A stretch of DNA of 64,000 nucleotides, taken from Mobula hypostoma. Lineage: Eukaryota. The notes beneath the pieces are model-generated. The model was given only the letters and a program-made list of their open reading frames with translations. It was not told the origin of the DNA and made no database searches. The stretch spans positions 41,728,001 through 41,792,000 of the forward strand of contig NC_086108.1 of NCBI RefSeq assembly GCF_963921235.1, written 5' to 3'. This document shows positions 54,780 to 64,000 of this stretch, one piece after another (position 1 is the stretch's first letter; every line of letters begins with the position of its first letter). Made by a program: the position numbers and the translations under genes.

Positions 54780-55441
54780 TGTAACGCTCAGTTATATTGG
54801 CTCGTATATGTCTAGGGGAAATCCCACCCAGCACCTGCCTCAATGCTTCCCACGGAGTCGGTTCCCGCCCGAATCAATCCCAAACATCAATCATCAGCCA
54901 GCACATCCAGTATGTTTTACCAAGTACACTTTATAGATATTACTAAGTCTATGACATTAATATAAATTCGATACAGAAAAGGAAGTAATGAAAAAAAGGC
55001 ACCAAGAATTATCAAAGTCCAAGTTCTTCGTGCGCAACCGTTGGAGCTCAATCGATTCCTGACGACCACCCGGATCCTGTCGACTCACAGCTCGGGACCA
55101 CCCGAAGTGATCGACCGGAGCCTTTCCACACATACGCTGTCCTCCCCGTCTCTCCTCCGACTCCCCGCCAAAAACCCCCACATATCCACCGTCCTCCCCG
55201 TCTCTCCTCCGACTACCCGCCAAAAACCCCATCCCCAGTCATATGAGACAGCATTATCATCCGAAAAAAAATGACACATGAACACCCATTGGCTAATAGC
55301 ACCCTGCTGTCTGTAATAACCTAAGCAACTGTCTAGCTGGAGACTTTCTCAGCATTTAACATAACAAAGAAGCATTCCCCAGTATAACATAACAAAGAAG
55401 CCATTTTAAATTTAACATACAAAAAAGAAAGACCCCGTACA
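54780..55441 (-). mobile_element. Solo LTR (662 bp) related to the LTRs at 15986 and 19389
   Basis: TG...CA ends; 4-bp TSD TAAG at 54776-54779 and 55442-55445. The reverse complement shares AAAATGGC-TCTTTGTTATGTTA, GCTGAGAAAGT and GAGCTCCAACGG with those LTRs. Confidence 0.88.
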
Positions 55442-56084
55442 TAAGTTAGTCATTCATATTTAGAAAAATCAACCAAGTAAGTAGTCTCGATATCTCCACC
55501 AGGCATCAAGGAAGCATTAGCAGACTCCATTTTGAATAATATGGTGAAGGTGATTACTGACCTCTAGTGTCTAACAACAATGGAAACTATTAGGAGTGCA
55601 CAGGATTGTAAACATATGCTTTATGGCACAAAAGCACTCTTCTTGAACCTCCTCCATCCTATAATCTAACATTTTCAGAGTAACGCTCCATTCCCTTCTC
55701 CCTCCAATCCTTATCAGGACTCTACTTAAATGTATACACAACAAGAGAAGATAAACAGACCAGGCCTCTGCTCTCTTTGCTTCCCCTTTGGAGTGAGTTC
55801 CACATTTTCACCATTCTTTGGGCGAAGACGGTTCTTCAGAATTCTCTGCTACATTTCCTGCTAATTTTCTTATACTAACAACCTCCAATTCTGCTTATCT
55901 CATTAGTGGAAATATTCTCACTGTATCTACGCTATCAAACTCTTCATGAAAGACCTCTATTTAATCACAACGTCAGCCTTATTTTCTCAAGAGAAAAACA
56001 GTCTATTCATGTTTTCCTGATGTACGTATCCTCACATTTCCTGTTTCACCCTTTTAAATCCCTGCCGCCTCCTCACCAGTGTGT

Positions 56085-56390
56085 CTCTATAGAGGGCACA
56101 GTATCAGAATAGAAGGACGCCCCTTTAGAACAGGTATGAGGAGAAATTTCTTTAGCCAGCAGATGGTGAATCTGCAGAATTCATGGCCACAGATAGCTGT
56201 GAAGGCCAAGTCATTGGGTATATTTAAAGCAGAGGTTGATAGGCTTTTGATTAGTAAGAGTGTCAAAGGTTACAGGGCAAAAGCAGGATAACAGGATTAA
56301 GTGGGAAAATAAATCGGCCACGATGGAATGGTGGGGCAGACTCAATGGGCTGAATGGCCTAATACTGCTCCTATGTCTTATGGTCTTATA
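56085..56390 (+). mobile_element. CR1 3' end
   Basis: RGHSIRIEGRPFRTGMRRNFFSQ; tail GTCTTATGGTCTTAT. Confidence 0.8.
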
Positions 56391-58029
56391 TACGATTAAT
56401 ATATGACGATTAGAAGTGCTTGCAATACTTCAAATGTCATTTAACCTAGGTTCAGTACAGGCTTGTAACAACTTCCCAATTTTCCAATTCAATATGGAAA
56501 AAAAAACTCTATTCCATTTGACTTGTCATTCTTTACTTAATGGCATTGACAATCTGTGGCAAAATGGTGGATTTTTCCTTTGAGAACACTTTGCTCCTCA
56601 GACTCACTTTTAAAATTAACAAAAATTTCTCTCTCTTTCCAGCTAGGATGAGGTAACTCACAATCACTGAACTTCATTTGCCCAGTTATGTGCTTGTCCT
56701 CACAGGTTACTAATGTCCCCCTGTAAGTAACTGCATTTCCCCTTTGGTCCTGACCAATCCCCCAATTTGGTATCAGCCACAATTTAAAAAATGTGTTTTT
56801 GATTCCTGAGCTTAGATTGCTAATGTAAATTGTAGCAACAGTGGTCCCAGTAATGATCCTTTTGGAACACCACAAACCACTTTCTTCCAGTGTAAATAGC
56901 TACCCTTGACTCCCACTCTTTCTATGTCACAAAGCCAGCGAGCAAATTTTTCTGCTTGCTACCAAACTCCACAGACTCTGATTTTCATTAGTCTATCAAA
57001 GGGGTCCATTTTGAAAATCTGGATATTCTATATCTACCGCAATGCCATTGTCCATTCTCTGTTGCATCAGCATTACATCATTGACCAGGGATATCCTTTC
57101 AAGCTCCCACTCTTTCAGATTTGGAGCCAGCACGCCTGAGGGAGGTGGGACAGTGGCATGTTCCTGACTGTAATTCTTTCTCTGATTAAGGGCAAGATTA
57201 TTGCTTTAGCTATTTTACAGCTGGAATTTGGCCTTGAAATCTGATACAAGTGAAGGAAAAGTGATAGCCAATTACAAGCCTGCACCAGGCTACTTCAGAA
57301 GTTCAGTGTCGTAGCCAGCTGCGTGTGGCAGGTTCTGCGCATCATTAGTGGAGAAATATAATCTGCTTATTCTGTGCCGTTGGGCACAGAGGTGCTTAGC
57401 CGACTGGCGAGCAAACCGTAATGTGTAAAATCAACTGACGCCATTTCATTTGGAAGCAAATAACAGCCTAAAGTGAAAACATATCTGCACTTGCAAATTC
57501 TATACTTCCTGAGAGAGAATCGGGTGTTTATGAAGATATATGAGGATGCACAGAAATGAATTAGTTTGAATGATCAATTGCCTCCCTTGCTCCAAATGAC
57601 TGACAACTAGTGTTAGAGCAGGAACTACTAGGAATACCTTGCAGAGTGAAGATCCATGTTCATTTAAGGCTGTAGCTGGAAGCTCATACACACAGAAACA
57701 GGAGTTATCCTGAACACACCGCTTTCTACCTTATTTATTGTTATTGCACTCAAGTCATTCTGAGATATCATTATTATACACACGTCATGAAAGAGCACCA
57801 AGTACATTATGGCTGGTATATAAACTAACAAACAGTAGCATGGACAAAACCCTGTCGCTGTACTAGCTGGCCGTATATATTTTCCTACCAGAGCTGCTGC
57901 TTCCAGCAAAAGACAAGTAAAAGGTATATGAAGCCGACAAATATATTTTAAACGGTCTCTAACAATGTGTGCATAGTGCCTGCCTAATCAGTACAAGCTT
58001 GCAAGCCATAGCAAACACGAGGGGGAAAA

Positions 58030-58586
58030 GAAAACACAAGAGATTCTGCAGATGCCGGAAATCCAGAGGAACACACAAAACGTGCTGGAGGGACTTGGCG
58101 AGTCGGGCAGCATCCATAGAAAGGAATAAACAGTTGACATTTCAGGCCAACTCTCTTCATCAAGACTGGAAAGTATGGGGGAAGAAGATTTGGGGGGGAG
58201 CGGGAAGAAGATTTGGGGGGAGGGGAAGGAATGCAAGCTCAGTGCATTATGTACAATTCTGACTTGCTGAATTCCTCTAGTGTTCTCTATGTTTTACAGG
58301 CTAGAAGGTGCTAGGTGAAGCCAGGTCAGGTGGGTGGGTGGGGTGAGGTAAGAAGCTGGGAGGTGATGAGTGTAAAAAGGGCAGAAGAAGGAGGACGTTG
58401 ATAGGAGAGGAGAGAGAACCAGAGGAGAAAGGGAATGAGGACGGACACCAGAGGGAGGTGTGGAGAACAGAAGGAGTAAGAGTGGAGCCAGAATAGGGAA
58501 TGGAAAAAGAGAGGAGGGGGAGGGAGGAGGAATTACAGGAAGTTAGAGAAATCGATGTTCATGCCGTCAGGTTGGAAGCTACCCAG
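58030..58586 (-). mobile_element. Penelope-like element 3' fragment (GIY-YIG C-terminus, 3' UTR, hammerhead-bearing pLTR)
   Basis: Minus-strand LGSFQPDGMNIDFSNFL* (58533-58586), the LGTLxPxGxN-type GIY-YIG end, is colinear with a degenerate hammerhead at about 58131-58168. Confidence 0.75.
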
Positions 58587-59294
58587 GTGAAAGTGAAGTA
58601 AAAAAACACTTGGTTTAATATGGGTGATAGTTCTGTTGTTTTGGAAGTTATCAAAATAACTTATCTCGTTGCTAATCAGGAAAGCAAAACAAAAAGCAGT
58701 GAAGATCATACAGCAGAATTCAAATGGAAATGCCTTCCTCCAGTGACTGGGATGGATCTGCAGCCAAGTGCACCTTCTCACAATGCAGTTACATAACTGC
58801 TGGGCACTGGTAGGCAAGGCCTAACACATAAACTTAATTTTCAAAATTAAATTTGCATCATGTTATCTTCGATGGTTCATCTTGCTGAAAGACATTTCAA
58901 CATGCAGGTTGCTTCTGATAGTGCGGTGAAACTCTCCCTTCAGAAAATAGTTACAATTCTAATGTCTCAGCCTTTTCAATTCATTAATCCTTTGGCACTG
59001 ATCATCATTTTGACTAATTAATGTTCAGCAAATTTGTATGCAACTTCTAGTGTTGATCTATGATCCCACAAAGCTCAAAATGACTAATAATTCTTCTGCA
59101 TTTTAACTCTCCACCCTCTGCTTTCAGAAAGACTGCGAAGTTTAAGAACTAAACCATATAAACCTGTTTATATATCTCAGCATGAAATCATCAACTGGTT
59201 AATTAGCTTTTCAACATTCAATTCAGAGTGTAGACTGAAAATCAGTCAGGTTCCAGTGATTAGTTCACCAGGTTAAATGGGTTAATTAGCTGAA

Positions 59295-59430
59295 AATTTC
59301 TGTAGATGCTAGAAATCCAGAGCAACACATACAAAATGCTTGAGGAACTCAGCAGGTCACGCAGCATCTATGGAAATTAATAAACAGTTGATATTTCAGG
59401 CCGAGACACTTCTTCAGGACTGGAAAGGAA
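59295..59430 (-). repeat. Penelope pLTR fragment with degenerate hammerhead core
   Basis: Minus strand CAGTCCTGAAGAAGTGTCTCGGCCTGAAATATCAACTG. Confidence 0.65.
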
Positions 59431-60034
59431 AGGACAAGATGCAGAACAAGAAGGTCATGTTGAAGGGATTTAACCTTCTTCAAGGTAGGCATACCTTGGA
59501 GAAACTTCAACTTGGAACAGCAAATTATCAACAGAGGAGATTCTTCAGATGCTGGAATTACAGGCTTAAACAACAGTCTCACTTAAAACCAAAGAAACTC
59601 TGATATTTTATTTTGTTTCTCTCCATCACCAGCACAGGATATCCTTGTTGTGTAACCAATATGTGTGCTTACATAGATCAGATCCAAATTAAATCTAATC
59701 ACAGTTAAGAGGGGAAAAAAACAACTTCAATTTCACCAACAAATTACTCTAGAGTCATAAAAGTAATGTAACAAGGCTTATTGAGGCCAGGTTAACATTT
59801 CCTTCCGCAGCATCAACAGTGCTCTTAATTTAATGTGGAATACCTTGTGCATAAGTCCTATTGTTAGTGTGGAGCTAAAATTTAAGTCATCCTCAAAGTA
59901 GGTAAGATACTATATGTAACTACAGCGAAAGTCATATTTGACAGTTACCTTTATAGTATGTTACTTCTCTTACTGACTAAGCAGGTTGCGCTGAATTAAA
60001 AAAATGTTCAAGTCAATTTCTTGTTCTTTACTAG

Positions 60035-60565
60035 CAGCACATACAAAATGCTGGAGGAACTCAGCAGGCCAGGCAACACCTAGGAAAAGGGTACAGTCGA
60101 AGTTTCCTGCTGAAACCTTTCAGCAGGACCCTTCAAAACCCTCCATCCTGCCGTAGAGACCCTCTACTTATCATGACAGTCCTCAGCATGAAATGCTGAC
60201 TGTTTATTTCCCTCTTGACCTACTGGGTTCCTCGAGCATCTTGTGTGTGTTGCTTAAGATTTCAAACAACTGCAGAACCTCTTGTGTCTCTCCTTTGCAG
60301 CTCAGTCTCTTTTCATTTCCATGCATACTTGTTCAAATATCAAAGCAAGTCAGGTATCAACCTCACAAAATGCTGGAGGAACTTAGCAGGTCAGGCAGTA
60401 TCTATGGAAAAGGATAAACAGTCAACATCTTGGGAGTCCTGAAGAAGGATCTCGGCTCGAAACGTTGACTGTTTATTCTTTTATATAAATGCTGCCTGGC
60501 TTGCCGAGTTCCTCCACATTTTATGTGTGTTGCCTTGGATTTCCAGTATCTGCAGATTTCTCATG
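60035..60565. repeat. Two adjacent Penelope-derived palindromes; hammerhead-like core at 60435-60470 (+)
   Basis: AAAATGCTGGAGGAACT at about 60045 and 60366, each with an inverted partner. AGTC-CTGAAGA-...-GAAAC-GTT-GACT. Confidence 0.7.
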
Positions 60566-61189
60566 TCAGGCATCAATCTCCTTTCCCACTGCTGGATTCA
60601 GCAGCGGGCCAACCAGCAGCCCAGTGAATGGGCAGTGAGGTGGCATCTGCATTAGCTCACAGCTTTATTTTCCAGTGGTGTTGGCATACAGTTAAATAAA
60701 ATTGCCATCCTGTGGAAAATGATAGATGCATCTAAGTGTTTGAATTATTCAAACAATTAAATGCTTTTAATGTTTTACAGCAGTTCTTTAACAATATGAA
60801 TCTATTTGAATCATTTTTAAACAATGTCTGAATATAAGAGGCATATAAAACTACAACTTTGACAGCAGGTGTAGCAGGTCAGTTGGTGTGGCCCCCAAGA
60901 TCTGACAGAGGTCAGCTCAGTGTGTGGTGGATGGGCTAGCACTGTGGGTAACAAATCTAGATAGCAGCCCAAGTCCAGCAGGTTCTGACCCACGCTTTTG
61001 TTGCTGCTGGTGACCTCCTGAATTACAATTAGGCTACAAAACTCACATCAATTTACCTATGATAACTTGTGTAAGGAATTAGAATCCGTTGCTCACCTTT
61101 CCCAAGCAAAAGGGTCACATTCACCCTCAGGCAATGTAGTGAAGGTGCAGGAATGAGCTTCCTTAACTACTGGTATTGGTTTTTTATTA

Positions 61190-61520
61190 GAATTGGCTTA
61201 TTATTGTCACATGTACCAAGATGGAGTGAAAAGCTTGTCTTGCATACTGTTCATACCAATCAACTCATTACACAGTGCAATGAGGTAAAACAAGGTTTTA
61301 AAAAAAAAATCAGCAATGCAGAATAAAGTGTAAATCTACAGAGAAAGTGCAGTGCAGGCAGACCATAAAGTGCAAGGTCATAATGAGGTAGATCGTGAGG
61401 TCAAGAGTCCATCTTATCATACAAGTGGCATTTTCAAGAGTCTGATAACAGCAGGATGGAAGATGTCCTTGAGCCTGGTGGTATGTGCTTTCAGGCTTAT
61501 GCCCAGTGGGAGAGAGGAGT
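61190..61520 (-). mobile_element. LINE 3' UTR fragment (Rex/L2-like)
   Basis: TTATTATTGTCACATGTACC...GAAGATGTCCTTGAGCCTGGTGGTATGTGCTTTCAGGCTT. Confidence 0.55.
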
Positions 61521-63361
61521 GAAAGTGCTGTCTCATCTACTGCTTAGGCTTTGTACCCACACCCAACTCCCGAGTGTTCTGCAACAAAATTCAGGCCCCT
61601 CTGCGTCACTCCCTAACTCAAGTATTTGCTGTATTTTTGAAATTTGCTTTACTTTTGCCACAGCAGTACCGTGCAATATATAAAATCACTGCAGCACTGT
61701 GCAAATCTCTCTCATATGTACACACACACACACACGTATACACACACACCTAAAAGCTTTGCACAGTACTGTATATTCAGACTCCATACAACAGAAATGT
61801 CAAGTTGTACAGAGGCAGTATCCATTGCAGACCCATCAACAGGGACGAAATGTCAGTTTTATTCTTTTGCAAGTACATTTTTAGCAATTCTGTTCATATT
61901 AGTTTCTGAACAGAACATTACACATGATGTTACGGGATGGGTAATCTGCTAATAAATCAAGTCAGGCTGTCAGTTTATATCTGTCTGCTCTCATATTAGT
62001 TTCAGTGTGTAACTTATGTTTGTAACTGATTTGTAACAGAGAAATGCACTGTATTTAATCTCAACCTGAGATTAGATTTTGCAAGGTAACAAGGCTGCCT
62101 CATAATTAATAGACAATCCAAATCAGGTATGAATTACCCAACAAGTACATGTCAATTATTTTATCAAGAAAATCATATTGTCATAATTACCAATAATAAA
62201 CGTGCTTCATTGCCTGCACTGAATATGATTTACATCAAGTCTAAATTTTCAACTTCCTATATTATCAGGACAAGGTAGTGGGTGTACCATATGAAGTGTA
62301 CAATTATTGCTTTTACCATAATTTCAATCCTATATTCTGTAGAAAATTCTATTGGACATCTTCAAATTATTTAACTAAGCACAAAAGAATTTTGTAATCT
62401 TCCAAACGGTGGAACAGAGTTAACCCATCACCAACTTCAAGTGGCTGGAAATGAGGTGAGTAGCTCCATGACTTTAATGGCTGTTCAGATGATAAGATAG
62501 CTTAGCTGCAAGTTCATTGCCATCACTGGCACACACAATTGGAATTTCCCTCCAATCCAGTTTAAAGGGTTTTGGAACATATTTAATTGTTGCTAACCTT
62601 AAGGTCAGAGGAATGACAGATAGGGTATTTCTTACTGTGTCTCGGACTGAAATAAAAGATCTAATCGCTCTCTTTCAGATGCAGCATTTTAAGGGATGCC
62701 TGGAAATTTTGTACTTTTGGAGGAGCCACTTAATTATTCTCAGAATGAACACCTCAGACTCTAATTTTGCTAGGCTTGGTAAATTAATGCTTATTGCAGG
62801 TGTTGAAAACTCACTTGCACAGAAATTAAGACTCCAACAGTTTACTTAGATGATGAATGAGTGCATTCTCAATTATACTCTGGGGTGAAAGCATACAGCT
62901 GGGGGCAACCTTGTCAGGATGTTTAACTCCACACAGGCAAAACAGGAAACCAAACATTATGATATTGGATTGACAGTCTGGCCTTGTATTTACTAACGTG
63001 GAAAACAACAATGGCCAATGGTTGAATTACATAACATGGCAGCTCAGTCAAAGGAGCAAAGGCACCCAGTCTCAATATTCCCCTTGTGGAAACATAATGA
63101 CACCCACCAGTGCGCTAGGAAGTAGTATTAGTTTTCTTCAGAAAAGTTACGATTTCTCAGGCAATAACAATATAGTTGCATTGTGTTGTCTTAATTAAAC
63201 TATAGCCAGGCCACGTTTACCAGATGACAAGGTGACCTGGCTAATTAAAAAAAAGTAGAACACCTGATTTCCCCCTATTGTCCTGCTGCCACTGCTTGCA
63301 GGCCTAGCTTAAGGCCTATCCATCCACTAGTAACATCGATAGTTACTTTGACTTTTAAGAT

Positions 63362-63700
63362 CAGTGGTCCCCAACCTCTGGGCCGCGGACCGACACCAAT
63401 CCGCGAAGCATGCAGGGATGCAGCGGTAGCCGGGACATCTTTAAGAAAAAAGCTGAAATAAACAAGCTAATTAGTTAGGTGCTGCCCGGCACATAAATGT
63501 CGGCCCAGATCAGAGGCAATTGCCGATTGCGTTGCCTCTGATCTGGGCCGACATTTATGTGCCGGGCGACACCTAAGTAATTAGTTTGTTTATTTTGGCT
63601 TTTTCCTAAAAGATGTTGTGGGTGCATCCCTGCTACTGCTGCACCACTGCATTCTTCGCAGATCAGTATCGGTCCGCGGCCCAGAGGTTGGGGACCACTG
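63362..63700. mobile_element. hAT (Charlie-like) MITE, fold-back
   Basis: TIR CAGTGGTCCCCAACCTCTGGGCCGCGGACCGA; perfect 8-bp TSD TTTAAGAT at 63354-63361 and 63701-63708. Confidence 0.92.
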
Positions 63701-63756
63701 TTTAAGATGGATTTCAGAGCTTGTGAGAAAACCTATTTCATCAGTTTGAATCATTT

Positions 63757-64000
63757 ATTGCCTCGCTACAGGAAGGATGTGGAAGCCATAGAAAGGGTGC
63801 AGAGGAGATTTACAAGGATGTTGCCTGGATTTGGAAGTATGCCTTATGAGAATAGCTTGAGTGAACTCGACCTTTTCTCCTTGGAGTGACAGGATGAGAG
63901 GTGACCTGAAAGACGTGTATAAGATGATGAGTGGCATTGATCGTGTGGATAGTCAGAGGCTTTTTCCCAGGGCTGAAATGGTTGCCACAAGAGGACACAG
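63757..64000 (+). mobile_element. CR1 fragment (runs off the window)
   Basis: PRYRKDVEAIERVQRRFTRMLPG. Confidence 0.85.

Noticed and set aside
61718..61749. (CA)n tract
   Set aside because: An ordinary interrupted microsatellite.
20300..63300. Numerous 60-125 aa ORFs as host genes
   Set aside because: They have no recognisable domains or coherent exon chain, and most are antisense or off-frame readings of repeats. Small host exons cannot be excluded without RNA data.

Overview
Eukaryotic (vertebrate) DNA with no recognisable host exons. The repeat content (CR1, Rex1/Babar-type LINEs, V-SINE/HE1-like SINEs, Penelope-type palindromes) points by inference to a cartilaginous fish. Most identifiable sequence is transposable-element debris: CR1 and Rex1/Babar LINEs, two Tc1 elements, Harbinger-type and hAT-type MITEs, SINEs, Penelope remnants with minimal hammerhead-ribozyme cores, and Gypsy-type LTRs. 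The standout is a non-autonomous Ty3/Gypsy element at 15986-20086. It has two ~0.7-kb LTRs, a tRNA-Pro-like PBS, a PPT and decayed gag/protease/RT. Its RNase H/integrase region is replaced by intron-less, in-frame fragments resembling a sarcomeric myosin heavy-chain rod (MYH16-like). It is inserted non-canonically, with an extra 3'-internal copy before the 5' LTR and a ~214-bp host duplication instead of a short TSD. All family and protein assignments come from recognising motifs by eye, not from database searches; boundaries of old repeats are approximate.
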